Part shown: positions 46,543-56,479 of the stretch, in pieces
Layout of the letters: each line of letters begins with the position of its first letter
Position numbering within the stretch: the stretch's first letter is position 1
Virus record (IMG/VR): IMGVR_UViG_3300046777_001314
Location: 1-60,654 of that record
Reading direction: 5' to 3' (one strand)
DNA from: a virus
Taxonomy: Duplodnaviria > Caudoviricetes
Length of the DNA stretch: 60,654 bases
Program-made: the position numbers and the translations under genes
The notes under the pieces: model-generated
Told to the model about the DNA's origin: nothing
What the model saw: only the letters and a program-made list of their open reading frames with translations
Database searches by the model: none

Positions 46543-49500
46543 GTGAATTACGTAGGTTTGCATGTCCATACACACTATTCTCTAATGGATGGTGTTGCTA
46601 CTCCAGAAGAATATATTGACCGAGCAGTTGAACTTGGTATGCCAGCACTGGCTATCACAGATCACGGAACCTTATCTGGGCATCGGGAACTGTACCGCAT
46701 TGCAAAAGCAAAGGGCATCAAACCAATTCTTGGCATAGAAGGCTATTTGGCATTAGATAGACACGATAAAAGGGATAAGTCCGAAAGGGTAGGTCCACTT
46801 GATGTTAACTATTTCCATATAGTCCTTCTTGCTAAGAATCAACAAGGTCTAGAAAACCTTAATAAGTTAAATGAAATTTCATGGACAGATGGTTTTTATC
46901 GTAAGCCACGTATTGACTTTGAGGTGCTTGATAAGTATGGTGATGGACTAATTGTTTTGTCTGCTTGTCAAGGTGGACTAATTGCAAAGGCTATTGAAAA
47001 TGAAGAATATGCATTTGCAAAAGAAAAAGTTCAGTGGTTTAAGAATCGCTTTAAGGATGACTTCTATATTGAATTAATGCCACACAACCCAAAGAATATT
47101 AACGATGAACTTGTTGCATTGGCAAAAGCATTTGACGTAAAAGTTGTTGTAACACCAGATTGTCATCATGCTGACACAAGTCAAAAAGAAATTCAGGAGA
47201 TGATGCTCCTATTAAATACACACGGCAAAGTTCTAAAGGAATCAACTTTTGATAAATCAAAGAAGATTGATAACATGATGGAACGTTTGGATTACCTATA
47301 TGGAGAAGACCGTCAAATGTCTTTCCGTACTTTTGATATTCACCTTCTTTCTTATGAAGAGATGAAGGTTGCAATGGCAGAACAGGGACACACAGATGAA
47401 GAGATGTTCACAAGTTCTTTAGAGATTGCAGACAAAGTTGAAGACTATGATATTAAGTCTGGCCTTGACTTGCTTCCAGTTCAGTACAAGAAGCCTATGG
47501 AAGAACTAAAAAATCTTGCTATTGAGGGTTTGACTGAGCGTGGACTAGAAAATAATCAAGAATACCTTGATCGCCTTGAAGAAGAATTAACTATTATTGG
47601 CGAAAAAAACTTTGGTCCTTACTTCCTAGTTGTGCGTAACATGCTTAACTGGGCAAAGAAGGAAGGAATTATGGTAGGTCCAGGTCGTGGATCTGCAGCA
47701 GGTTCTTTGCTTTGCTATGCACTTGGCATTACAGACATTGATCCAATCAAGCATGGCCTTTTGTTCTTCCGATTTATTAATCCAGACCGTAATGACTTTC
47801 CAGATATTGACTCTGATATTCAGGATACACGTCGTGATGAAGTAAAAGATTATCTTGTTAGACAGTATCGCCATGTTGCCTCTATTGCAACATTTATGCA
47901 GTTTAAAGATAAGAATATTGTTAAAGATGTTTCTCGTGTTTTAAACATTCCTCTTGCAGATGCCAATAAGGTTAATAAACAAATTGATACATGGGATGAA
48001 TATTGTACATCTAAAAATGCACAGTGGTTTAGAGAAAAATATCCAGAGGTGGAGGTATATGGTGAACAACTTCGTGGTCGTATTAAAGGTACTGGCATTC
48101 ATGCTGCTGGTGTGGTCACTAGCAAAGACCCTATATTCAGATATGCGCCAATGGAAACTCGTTCTGTTACTGGTAGTGACGAACGCATTCCTGTCGTTGC
48201 TGTAGATATGGGTGAGGCTGAAAATATTGGCCTCATTAAGATTGATGCTCTTGGTCTAAAAACTTTGACGGTACTTAAAGATTGTATTGACATAATTAAA
48301 GAGCGTGAAGGAACAAAGATTGATCTATTAAAGATTAATATGGATGATGCTAATGTTTATAACATGTTGTCAGATGGTTATACAAAAGGTGTGTTTCAGT
48401 GTGAAGCAGCACCTTATACCAACCTTTTGGTTAAGATGCGTGTAAAAAATCTTGAAGAACTTGCTGCATCTAATGCTCTAGTTCGCCCTGGTGCAATGAA
48501 TACTATCGGAAAAGACTATATTGCCATTAAACATGGTCGTCAAAATCCAGACTACAAGCACCAAATTCTTAAATCATTTACGGAGGAAACCTATGGCTGT
48601 ATTCTTTACCAAGAACAAGTTATGCAAGCATGCGTACACCTTGGCGGTATGTCCATGTCGGAAGCAGATAAAGTTAGAAAGATCATTGGAAAGAAAAAAG
48701 ATGCTAAAGAGTTTGACGTTTTCAAGGATCAGTTTGTTAAGGGTGCTTCGCAATATGTTTCGCCAAACCAAGCCCTAGACTTGTGGCATGACTTTGAGGC
48801 CCACGCAGGGTACTCATTTAACAAGTCACACGCAGTAGCATACTCAACACTATCTTACTGGACAGCATGGTTGAAGTATCACTATCCACTAGAATTTATG
48901 TATTCACTATTAAAGAATGAGAAGGATAAAGATGCACGTACTGAGTACCTTATTGAAGCAAAAAGAATGGGAATCAGCATTAAATTACCTCACGTTAATG
49001 AGTCAGATATTGATTTTAAAATTGAAGGTAAGGGTATACGGTTTGGTTTGTCAGGTATTAAGTTTATCTCGGATAAGATTGCTGAAAGATACATTGCTGC
49101 TAGACCTTTTAAGTCATATGCTGAACTTGAGAAGTTTACTTTTACTAAAGGAAACGGAGTTAACTCTCGTGCTCTTCAAGCACTACGAATCATTGGTGCA
49201 GCAACATTTGAAGACAGCCAACGTAATGATCAAGAGATTAAAGAAAATCTCTACGAATATCTAAATCTTCCTGAGTTTAACATGCCAGTTCCTCAGCATT
49301 ACTATGCTTATATCCAAGAAGCAGAAGACTATGAAGAAACTGGATCATTTGTTATGCTTGGTATGATTAAGTCAATTAAACGTGGTAAGGGTTGGTCAAG
49401 AGTTGAGTTTCTTGATAAGACTGGCAGTGTTGGAATATTTGATGATGAAAACACAACAATTGAAACTGGTAAAACTTATTTGATTCTTGTTAGTGATAAT

Positions 49501-49818
49501 AGGATTGTTAACTCAATTCCAGCAGATCAAATTAAAGACTCTAAAGATCCTTTAGTTAAGTTCTTAAACTATAAGCAGTTGCCTTATAAGGGTGAAGAAC
49601 AATTTGTTGTATCTTTCAAGCCTAGAATGACAAAGGCTGGCAAGAAGATGGCAAATCTTGTAGTAGCAGATGCTGCTAGAGAACTTCATTCTGTTCTTGT
49701 ATTCCCTACAGCATTTTCTAAGGCATACATGACAATTGAAGAAGGAAATGTATACAAAGTTTCTTTGGGTAAGACTAAAGACGGAACAGTTATATTGGAG
49801 GACGTAGTAAATGTTTGA
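46543..49818 (+). CDS. dnaE: DNA polymerase III alpha subunit (family C)
   Basis: PHP motif LHVHTHYSLMDG, GPGRGSAAGS, PDIDSD, HAAGVV, YQEQVM, YSFNKSH. Confidence 0.96.
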   Translation: MNYVGLHVHTHYSLMDGVATPEEYIDRAVELGMPALAITDHGTLSGHRELYRIAKAKGIKPILGIEGYLALDRHDKRDKSERVGPLDVNYFHIVLLAKNQQGLENLNKLNEISWTDGFYRKPRIDFEVLDKYGDGLIVLSACQGGLIAKAIENEEYAFAKEKVQWFKNRFKDDFYIELMPHNPKNINDELVALAKAFDVKVVVTPDCHHADTSQKEIQEMMLLLNTHGKVLKESTFDKSKKIDNMMERLDYLYGEDRQMSFRTFDIHLLSYEEMKVAMAEQGHTDEEMFTSSLEIADKVEDYDIKSGLDLLPVQYKKPMEELKNLAIEGLTERGLENNQEYLDRLEEELTIIGEKNFGPYFLVVRNMLNWAKKEGIMVGPGRGSAAGSLLCYALGITDIDPIKHGLLFFRFINPDRNDFPDIDSDIQDTRRDEVKDYLVRQYRHVASIATFMQFKDKNIVKDVSRVLNIPLADANKVNKQIDTWDEYCTSKNAQWFREKYPEVEVYGEQLRGRIKGTGIHAAGVVTSKDPIFRYAPMETRSVTGSDERIPVVAVDMGEAENIGLIKIDALGLKTLTVLKDCIDIIKEREGTKIDLLKINMDDANVYNMLSDGYTKGVFQCEAAPYTNLLVKMRVKNLEELAASNALVRPGAMNTIGKDYIAIKHGRQNPDYKHQILKSFTEETYGCILYQEQVMQACVHLGGMSMSEADKVRKIIGKKKDAKEFDVFKDQFVKGASQYVSPNQALDLWHDFEAHAGYSFNKSHAVAYSTLSYWTAWLKYHYPLEFMYSLLKNEKDKDARTEYLIEAKRMGISIKLPHVNESDIDFKIEGKGIRFGLSGIKFISDKIAERYIAARPFKSYAELEKFTFTKGNGVNSRALQALRIIGAATFEDSQRNDQEIKENLYEYLNLPEFNMPVPQHYYAYIQEAEDYEETGSFVMLGMIKSIKRGKGWSRVEFLDKTGSVGIFDDENTTIETGKTYLILVSDNRIVNSIPADQIKDSKDPLVKFLNYKQLPYKGEEQFVVSFKPRMTKAGKKMANLVVADAARELHSVLVFPTAFSKAYMTIEEGNVYKVSLGKTKDGTVILEDVVNV

Positions 49819-50128
49819 TCAGTTAGCAATTGATTTGCACAAAGTAGCAGTTGAAAAAGGTTTTTGGCCAGAAGATATTGATGATATTTTTGTTGCTAAA
49901 CAACTTATGATGATTGTCTCTGAAGTTGTTGAAGTAATGGAAGCGGTTCGCAAAGACAAAGGTGAAGAAGAGATTGCTAAAGAGTTTGCAGATATTATTA
50001 TTCGTACACTAGATCTTTATGCAGGAATGGTAGAAGCAGGGTATACTAGAGAATCACTTGATTATATTCTAAAACAAAAAACAGAATTTAATAAGACTAG
50101 ACCAGAGAAGCATGGGGTAAGATTTTAA
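49811..50128 (+). CDS. MazG-like nucleotide pyrophosphohydrolase
   Basis: SEVVEVMEAVRK...EFADIIIR...K..FN..R. Confidence 0.8.
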   Translation: MFDQLAIDLHKVAVEKGFWPEDIDDIFVAKQLMMIVSEVVEVMEAVRKDKGEEEIAKEFADIIIRTLDLYAGMVEAGYTRESLDYILKQKTEFNKTRPEKHGVRF

Positions 50129-51141
50129 TGTCAGTAACAATGGAAGAAGTATTAGCACAGTTAGATCCACGTATTCGTAAACGTCTTGGCGATGCTACGA
50201 ATCAAAAGGTTGAGTGTGCAGCAACACCTAGTTTTGGCCTTAATAGAGCCTTAAAGGGTGGTTTGCCGTATGGCCGTCAGGTTCTTATATGGGGTTCTAA
50301 GTCTTCCGCTAAATCTTCTCTATGTCTTCAGATGATTGGTGAGGCACAAAAAGAAGGAAAGATATGTGCTTGGATTGATGCAGAAATGTCATACGATTCA
50401 GCATGGGCTGAAAAACTTGGGGTAGATTCAACAAAACTTATTTACTCACAAGCAAGAACTATTAATGAGATGGTAGATGTAGGCACAAGCCTAATGAATG
50501 CTGGTGTTGATATAATTGTTGTAGACAGTATTACATCTCTACTGCCTGCTATTTATTTTGAGAAGGACACAGATGAACTTAAGCAACTTGAGAACACCAA
50601 ACAAATCGGTGCTGAGTCTAGAGACTTTAGTAATGCGTGGAAAATGCTTAACTATGCAAACAATAAAGTTAAGCCAACTTTGCTTGTTCTTATTTCTCAG
50701 TCTCGCAACAATATCAGTGCTATGTATACTAGCCAGCAGCCTTCTGGTGGTCAGGCTACTAAGTTTTATTCCTCAACTGTTATTAAGTTATTTTCTTCTG
50801 AGTCCGATAACCAAGCGATTAAGGGAAAGATTCAAGTAGGAGATAAATTAATTGAAGAAAAGATTGGTCGCAAGGTTAAATGGGAGTTACAATTTTCTAA
50901 AACATCTGCTGGTTTTCAAAGCGGTGAATATGATTTTTATTTTAGAGGCGATAACGTGGGCATTGACGGTATTGGTGATCTTGTTGATACCGCAGAACTT
51001 GCTGGCCTTGTAGAGCGCACAGGTGCTTGGTATAAACTTGAAGATGGAACAAAGGTTCAAGGTCGTGAAGGGTTTATTAACCGTGTTAGAGAAGATCTTG
51101 ACCTACAAGAGTCTCTGAGAAGTAAGTTGTTGAATGGCTAG
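50128..51141 (+). CDS. recA: RecA-like recombinase
   Basis: LKGGLPYGR, GSKSSAKS, WIDAE, IVVDS, SGGQATKFYSS, GAWY. Confidence 0.92.
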   Translation: MSVTMEEVLAQLDPRIRKRLGDATNQKVECAATPSFGLNRALKGGLPYGRQVLIWGSKSSAKSSLCLQMIGEAQKEGKICAWIDAEMSYDSAWAEKLGVDSTKLIYSQARTINEMVDVGTSLMNAGVDIIVVDSITSLLPAIYFEKDTDELKQLENTKQIGAESRDFSNAWKMLNYANNKVKPTLLVLISQSRNNISAMYTSQQPSGGQATKFYSSTVIKLFSSESDNQAIKGKIQVGDKLIEEKIGRKVKWELQFSKTSAGFQSGEYDFYFRGDNVGIDGIGDLVDTAELAGLVERTGAWYKLEDGTKVQGREGFINRVREDLDLQESLRSKLLNG

Positions 51142-51316
51142 AGATTTTTCTATCTATTCGGGTAAATGGCCATGTAAAACATGTTCAGAAACCGTATTGA
51201 CATTAAGGCTCTGGCCTGATTCTGGAGATGCTACCTGGATGTGCTCCAATAAACATTTGTCAAAGGTTAACTTAATACCAACAAAAAAAACAAAGAAAGA
51301 TTTCAAAAATGAGTGA
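51134..51316 (+). CDS. Small zinc-binding protein
   Basis: CKTC...WMCSNKH. Confidence 0.55.
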   Translation: MARDFSIYSGKWPCKTCSETVLTLRLWPDSGDATWMCSNKHLSKVNLIPTKKTKKDFKNE

Positions 51317-51593
51317 AAGATCAGAGTCAAAAAGAATTAATGCCAAGCAACATAAAAATTCTGGACGTAATATGAAAAAGGGTGATGCTACTTGGAAAAA
51401 TTTTACTGTTGATTTTAAAGAGTATCCCAAAGGAATAACAATCAATAAAGATATATGGGCTAAGGCTGTAACTGATGCAATAAAAAATCATAATGATCCA
51501 GCAATCTTTATTGTTTTAGGAGAGGCAGACTCAAAGGTACGACTTGCTGTGATAGAATTAGATATGCTAGAACAATTAATGGGGGAAAAATGA
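51309..51593 (+). CDS. Holliday junction resolvase-like PD-(D/E)xK nuclease
   Basis: E...NSGR..KGD....VDFKE pattern; 94 aa. Confidence 0.6.
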   Translation: MSERSESKRINAKQHKNSGRNMKKGDATWKNFTVDFKEYPKGITINKDIWAKAVTDAIKNHNDPAIFIVLGEADSKVRLAVIELDMLEQLMGEK

Positions 51594-52501
51594 AATATTT
51601 GGTAACTGGCGGAGCAGGCTTTATTGGATCACATTTGGTTGACAGACTAATAGAATTAGGCCATGAAGTTATTGTTATTGATAATGAATCATCAACAACT
51701 ACAGAAACATACTATGGAAATGATAAAGCAGAATATTATTTTGCAGATGTTACAGATTACTTTAAAACTACAGGACTGTATGCTGGAGTAGACTGTGTTT
51801 TTCATTTTGCTGGACAAGCCAGCATCCTTGGAAGTATGGGGCATACAGTAAAAACAGCATATTCTGATATTTATGCAACAAGTGTTGCCTTGCAGTGTGC
51901 TAAAGACAATAATGTAAAAAAGTTTGTTTATGCATCCTCTGGTGCAGTTTATGGAAATAATGAATTACCTCATACAGAAACACAGAAAGAAGATTCTTTA
52001 AGCGTATACTCAGCATCAAAAATTGCTGGTGAACAACTTTGTGAAACATATCGGAAATTATTTGATATAGATACAATAATACTTAGATATTTTAATGTTT
52101 ACGGAGAAAGACAGCCAAAAAATGGAGAATTTCCTTCAGTGCTTGGTTTATTTGAGCGCCAAAAAGAAAAACAGTCACCATTGACGGTTTATAATGGCGG
52201 AGAACAAAGAAGAGATTTTATACATGTTTCAGATGCTATTGATGCAACCATTCTTGCAAGTACTACATTAATACCAGAAGAATATGCGGGAACTCCATTT
52301 AATATTGGATATGGGAAAAATTATTCAGTTCAAGAAATAGCAAAAATGTATAAGCATTATTTTATAAATGTTGAAAAAGAAAACATTCCACTATACACTA
52401 TTGAGGCAGATATAAAAGAAAGTCTAGCAAACATAGAAAAAGTAAAACAAGTATTTAATTGGCAACCAAAGATAGATCTAGAACAGTGGTTAAATAAATA
52501 A
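51590..52501 (+). CDS. NAD-dependent epimerase/dehydratase (extended SDR), copy 1
   Basis: VTGGAGFIGS, ASSGAVYG, YSASK, RYFNVYG, RDFIHV. Confidence 0.92.
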   Translation: MKYLVTGGAGFIGSHLVDRLIELGHEVIVIDNESSTTTETYYGNDKAEYYFADVTDYFKTTGLYAGVDCVFHFAGQASILGSMGHTVKTAYSDIYATSVALQCAKDNNVKKFVYASSGAVYGNNELPHTETQKEDSLSVYSASKIAGEQLCETYRKLFDIDTIILRYFNVYGERQPKNGEFPSVLGLFERQKEKQSPLTVYNGGEQRRDFIHVSDAIDATILASTTLIPEEYAGTPFNIGYGKNYSVQEIAKMYKHYFINVEKENIPLYTIEADIKESLANIEKVKQVFNWQPKIDLEQWLNK

Positions 52502-53400
52502 TGAAAGCATTAGTTACTGGCGGTGCAGGATTTATTGGTTCTAATTTAGTAAATAAACTAATAGAACTTGGTAATGATGTAGTTGTAATTGATAATGAAT
52601 CGTCTGATGCACATGATCAGCCCTACTGGAATATAAATGCAAAAAACTATAATATGGATATTTGTGATTATGATAATACAAAAAATTTATATGATGGAAT
52701 TGATTATGTATTTCATTTAGCAGCAGAAGCAAGAATACAACCAACAATTAATAATCCAGTTAAAGCAACTATGACAAATACCCTTGGAACAAATGTTGTT
52801 CTTCAATGCTCTCGTGAGGCTGGGGTAAAAAGAGTTATGTACTCTTCAACATCTGCAGCCTATGGAAGAAATGAACTGCCAAATATAGAAACACAACCAG
52901 ATGATTGTTTAAATCCATACTCAGTGTCAAAGGTAAGTGGAGAAAAACTATGCTCAATGTATACAGAACTATTTGGACTAGAAACTATTATTTTTAGATA
53001 TTTTAATGTATATGGAAATAATCAGCCAATTCGTGGTCAGTATGCTCCAGTTATGGGTATATTTGGAAGACAAAAATCTGATGGAGATTTATTAACTATT
53101 GTTGGCGATGGTGAACAGCGTAGAGACTTTATTAATGTAATGGATGTTGCCGATATAAATATATTGGCTGCAACAGCAAATATTGAAAAACAATATATTG
53201 GAACAGTATTTAATGTTGGTTCAGAAACTAATTATTCAATTAATCAAATTGCAAAAATGTATAACCATCCTACAACAAATATACCAGTTAGAGTTGGAGA
53301 AATGAGAGAAACTTTAGCAGATATAACTAAAACAAAAAATATTCTTGGGTGGAATCCAAAAATAAAACTTGAATCATGGATTGGAAAAAATAATGGCTGA
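52501..53400 (+). CDS. NAD-dependent epimerase/dehydratase (extended SDR), copy 2
   Basis: VTGGAGFIGS, HLAA, SSTSAAYG, YSVSK, RYFNVYG, GDGEQRRDF. Confidence 0.93.
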   Translation: MKALVTGGAGFIGSNLVNKLIELGNDVVVIDNESSDAHDQPYWNINAKNYNMDICDYDNTKNLYDGIDYVFHLAAEARIQPTINNPVKATMTNTLGTNVVLQCSREAGVKRVMYSSTSAAYGRNELPNIETQPDDCLNPYSVSKVSGEKLCSMYTELFGLETIIFRYFNVYGNNQPIRGQYAPVMGIFGRQKSDGDLLTIVGDGEQRRDFINVMDVADINILAATANIEKQYIGTVFNVGSETNYSINQIAKMYNHPTTNIPVRVGEMRETLADITKTKNILGWNPKIKLESWIGKNNG

Positions 53401-53710
53401 ACAAATTGAACCAGGCAAGACAACACTAGAAATGGTAAATGGCTTGACAGAGATTGCAGATTATATGCAGGACGAGGAATTGACTACTGCTTTAACATTT
53501 ATTGCAAAGGTAATTATTAAGCCAGACATTCCAACCCAAGTAGCAAGCATTGAGATTGTTAGACTACAGGCTATTGCAGCAAAGATGGCTTTTAAGGCTA
53601 CTTGGATGGCTAATGTAGACAAGAATGATCGTGCAAAGAAGAACATTTATTACACAGCAGCGGAATCTATCAATAACTTGGTGTCAGCACTCAAGTATAT
53701 AATGCGCTAA
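53393..53710 (+). CDS. Hypothetical helical protein
   Basis: Start moved to ATG 53393, overlapping the epimerase stop. Confidence 0.6.
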   Translation: MAEQIEPGKTTLEMVNGLTEIADYMQDEELTTALTFIAKVIIKPDIPTQVASIEIVRLQAIAAKMAFKATWMANVDKNDRAKKNIYYTAAESINNLVSALKYIMR

Positions 53711-53712
53711 CC

Positions 53713-53721
53713 TGCTATACT
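53713..53721 (+). promoter_or_regulatory. Extended -10 promoter TGCTATACT
   Basis: Intergenic, before ATG 53746. Confidence 0.6.
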
Positions 53722-53745
53722 TATATAAAACAAAAGGGAATAAAA

Positions 53746-54579
53746 ATGACAAAAAGTTTACTAAAGCAGGTTATGTTAAAAGAAGCAGAAAAGAAAGAAG
53801 CAATTAATAAGCAAAACACAATCTTCAATGCTGAAGATATGATTGCCAAGATTAATGCTGGATACACTGTTAGCCGTGGTCCAAAAATGACAACAAAGAA
53901 AACATTTGCCCCATCAACAATTGCATATCAACATGGCCAATGTCCACGTTATTGGTATCTTGCATTTGATGGAAATATTTTTGATGATTACACAGATGCT
54001 TATGGTGTTGCAAATATGAGTTCTGGAACTATGGGGCATGATAGAATCCAAGGAGCAATGCTTGCTTCAGGAGTTGCAGTTCCTTATATTAATGATAAGG
54101 GAGAGAAGACAACAGAGTTTAAAGTGGTATCAAATGATCCACCAATTTTTGGTTATGGCGATGTAATGCTTAATTGGGAAGGCGAAGAAATCATTGGAGA
54201 AATCAAGACAATGATGAGTGAAGCATTTGAGTATCGCAAGAAAACAAACAAACCAAAGGGAGCACACTTAATTCAGTTGCTCATTTACATGAAGATTCTT
54301 GGTAAGCAAAAGGGCGCTCTCATATATGAAAATAAAAACAATCATGACTTAATGATTATTCCAGTTGAAGTAAATGATGGCTACCGCCAATGGATTGATT
54401 ATGCATTTAACTGGATGCGTGAAGTTCGCAAGGCATGGGAAAATCAAACAATACCAACCAAAAATTATCGTGGTAATTCAAAGATTTGCAAGACATGTCC
54501 AGTAAAAGCCGCATGCGCTGAAGCAGGAGAGGGAACTGTTAAAATTGCTTCCCTGGAGGAACTGAGTGAAACTTTGTAG
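53746..54579 (+). CDS. Cas4-like/RecB-family exonuclease
   Basis: PS......CPRYWY, G..GH, GYGD...EIKT, QLLIY, CKTCPVKAAC (four-Cys Fe-S motif). Confidence 0.82.
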   Translation: MTKSLLKQVMLKEAEKKEAINKQNTIFNAEDMIAKINAGYTVSRGPKMTTKKTFAPSTIAYQHGQCPRYWYLAFDGNIFDDYTDAYGVANMSSGTMGHDRIQGAMLASGVAVPYINDKGEKTTEFKVVSNDPPIFGYGDVMLNWEGEEIIGEIKTMMSEAFEYRKKTNKPKGAHLIQLLIYMKILGKQKGALIYENKNNHDLMIIPVEVNDGYRQWIDYAFNWMREVRKAWENQTIPTKNYRGNSKICKTCPVKAACAEAGEGTVKIASLEELSETL

Positions 54580-54856
54580 TAGATGTGACAACTATTTCAC
54601 ACCAAAAGTCTCTTATCAGATTTACTGCAGTGAATCCTGTAGAGACGATGCTACAAAAGAAAAGATAGCAGAACGTTATCAAGCAACTCGTAGACAAAAA
54701 AGAATAGGCAAGGTTAGAAAGTGTTTGGGTGGTTGTGGAGTTGATCTTTCAATCTACAATGATTCAGGGTTTTGTTCTAATTGCAACATAAGCAAAAAAG
54801 CAGTTGATAAAATGTTAAAACAATTAAAAGGTTTTATTGAATATGAACAAGACTAA
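54566..54856 (+). CDS. Zinc-finger protein
   Basis: CSRC...YCSESC...CLGGC...CSNC. Confidence 0.6.
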   Translation: MKLCSRCDNYFTPKVSYQIYCSESCRDDATKEKIAERYQATRRQKRIGKVRKCLGGCGVDLSIYNDSGFCSNCNISKKAVDKMLKQLKGFIEYEQD

Positions 54857-55439
54857 ATGGGGAGTTCCAATTATGCCAAACACAATTTGTGCTATTGACG
54901 CTAGTACAAATAGTCTTGCCTTTGCTCTTTTTGATACTACCCAAAAAAATCTAGGTGCTATTGGTAAAATAAATTTTGAAGGACATGATACATACGAAAA
55001 GGTTATGGATGCTGGTAAAAAGGTCAAGGCTTTTTTTGATTTTTATGGTGGGTTTAAGGCAATCATAATTGAGCATACTGTATTCATGAATAGTCCAAAA
55101 ACTGCTGCTGATCTTGCTTTAGTTCAAGGGGCTATTCTTGGAGCAGCAGGACAAGCAGGAACAGAAATCATTGGCAAAGTTTCACCAATTACATGGCAAA
55201 ACTTTATTGGTAACAAAAAGATATCTAAAGAAGAGCAGTTGCTTATTCGCTCTAAAAACCCTGGCAAATCTGTATCTTGGTATAAAACCTATGAAAGAAA
55301 CCTAAGAAAAGAAAGAACTATTAAGTTTATTAATACTATTTATGATAGAACTATTACAGACAATGACGTTGCAGATGCCTGCGGTATTGGGCATTGGGCA
55401 TTAAGCAATTGGACAAAGGCTATAGGAGTTGACAAATAA
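54843..55439 (+). CDS. RuvC-like Holliday junction resolvase
   Basis: ICAIDAST, IIIEH, DNDVADACGI. Confidence 0.8.
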   Translation: MNKTKWGVPIMPNTICAIDASTNSLAFALFDTTQKNLGAIGKINFEGHDTYEKVMDAGKKVKAFFDFYGGFKAIIIEHTVFMNSPKTAADLALVQGAILGAAGQAGTEIIGKVSPITWQNFIGNKKISKEEQLLIRSKNPGKSVSWYKTYERNLRKERTIKFINTIYDRTITDNDVADACGIGHWALSNWTKAIGVDK

Positions 55440-55457
55440 CATTATGGCTGCTAAACT
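55429..55457 (+). promoter_or_regulatory. Sigma70-type promoter TTGACA-17 nt-TAAACT with extended TG
   Basis: TTGACA 55429-55434, TG 55449-55450, TAAACT 55452-55457. Confidence 0.5.
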
Positions 55458-55599
55458 ATATACTAGTGAGACTTGGCTTCGTAAGAGATTTCTTATGGAT
55501 AAAAAGTCTCCACAAGATATTGCAAAAGAGTGCGGAACAAGCGTAGAAACCATCTATGTATATCTTGCTAAATTTGGATTAAGGAAGTCAAAAAGATGA
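55444..55599 (+). CDS. 51-aa helix-turn-helix protein
   Basis: Manual translation MAAKLYTSETWLRKRFLMDKKSPQDIAKECGTSVETIYVYLAKFGLRKSKR; below the ORF-track cutoff. Confidence 0.75.
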   Translation: MAAKLYTSETWLRKRFLMDKKSPQDIAKECGTSVETIYVYLAKFGLRKSKR

Positions 55600-55721
55600 G
55601 TAAGTTTCATAAGTTTGTAACATTTATTGCAGCAGTCTGCGCTGTTGGATTGACCTATGCTGTTTTTACATTAAGGGGGATGCCAGAAGCATTTGATTGG
55701 GAGGATGAAGATGAGCGATAA
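55596..55721 (+). CDS. 41-aa single-pass membrane peptide
   Basis: Manual translation MSKFHKFVTFIAAVCAVGLTYAVFTLRGMPEAFDWEDEDER; ATGA overlap with the HTH gene. Confidence 0.6.
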   Translation: MSKFHKFVTFIAAVCAVGLTYAVFTLRGMPEAFDWEDEDER

Positions 55722-55953
55722 TCTAAATATAACAGTAGACCAAGTAAACCATCCAACCCACTACACAACAGATCCTTCTGGAGTTGAGTGTATTCAGATT
55801 ACTCGTCACCGTAATTTTAATATTGGTAATGCATTTAAATATCTTTGGAGAGCAGGTCTAAAGGATGAATCAAAGACTATTCAGGATCTTGAAAAAGCAA
55901 TCTTTTATATTAAAGATGAAATCAATAGGTTAGAGGGAAAGTATGTCAACTGA
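55711..55953 (+). CDS. DUF3310 (SaV-like) protein
   Basis: DQVNHPTHY...ECI...GNAFKYLWRAGLK...DLEKA; SD GGAGG before ATG 55711. Confidence 0.85.
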   Translation: MSDNLNITVDQVNHPTHYTTDPSGVECIQITRHRNFNIGNAFKYLWRAGLKDESKTIQDLEKAIFYIKDEINRLEGKYVN

Positions 55954-56479
55954 AGAAGATTTAGTAAAACATCTTGATCAAGTAAATCAAGTTGTTTCTG
56001 AGTATCTAAAAGGCTCTGACCCAACAAGAATTTCTAAAGAACTTTCTATACCAAGAGTTCGTGTTGTAGAACTTATTAATGAGTGGAAGGTTATGGCTTC
56101 TGCTAATGATGCCATACGTGCCCGTGCAAAGGAAGCACTTGCAGCGATGGATGCACACTATAGCAAACTAATTACAAAATCATATGAGGTTATTGACGAA
56201 GCAACTATGACTAATAATCTTAGCGCAAAAACTCAAGCAATTAAACTTGTTGTTGATATTGAAAAAGCAAGAATTGATATGCTTCAAAAAGCAGGACTTC
56301 TTGAAAACAAAGAACTTGCAGAAGAAATGGTTGAGATTGAAAAACGTCAAGAAACACTTGTTGCAATATTAAGAGATATAGCATCATCTCATCCAGAAAT
56401 TCGTGACCTAATTATGCACAGACTTTCTTCTGTTGCAAAAGATGGAGAAGTGATTACAGTTGTCCACAATGTTCAATGA
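55943..56479 (+). CDS. Terminase small subunit (putative)
   Basis: N-terminal HTH plus helical region; overlaps the large subunit start. Confidence 0.65.
   Translation: MSTEEDLVKHLDQVNQVVSEYLKGSDPTRISKELSIPRVRVVELINEWKVMASANDAIRARAKEALAAMDAHYSKLITKSYEVIDEATMTNNLSAKTQAIKLVVDIEKARIDMLQKAGLLENKELAEEMVEIEKRQETLVAILRDIASSHPEIRDLIMHRLSSVAKDGEVITVVHNVQ

Noticed and set aside
53746-54579. Cas4-like gene as evidence of a CRISPR-Cas system
   Set aside because: No repeat-spacer array or other cas genes seen; solo Cas4-like exonucleases are common in phage recombination modules
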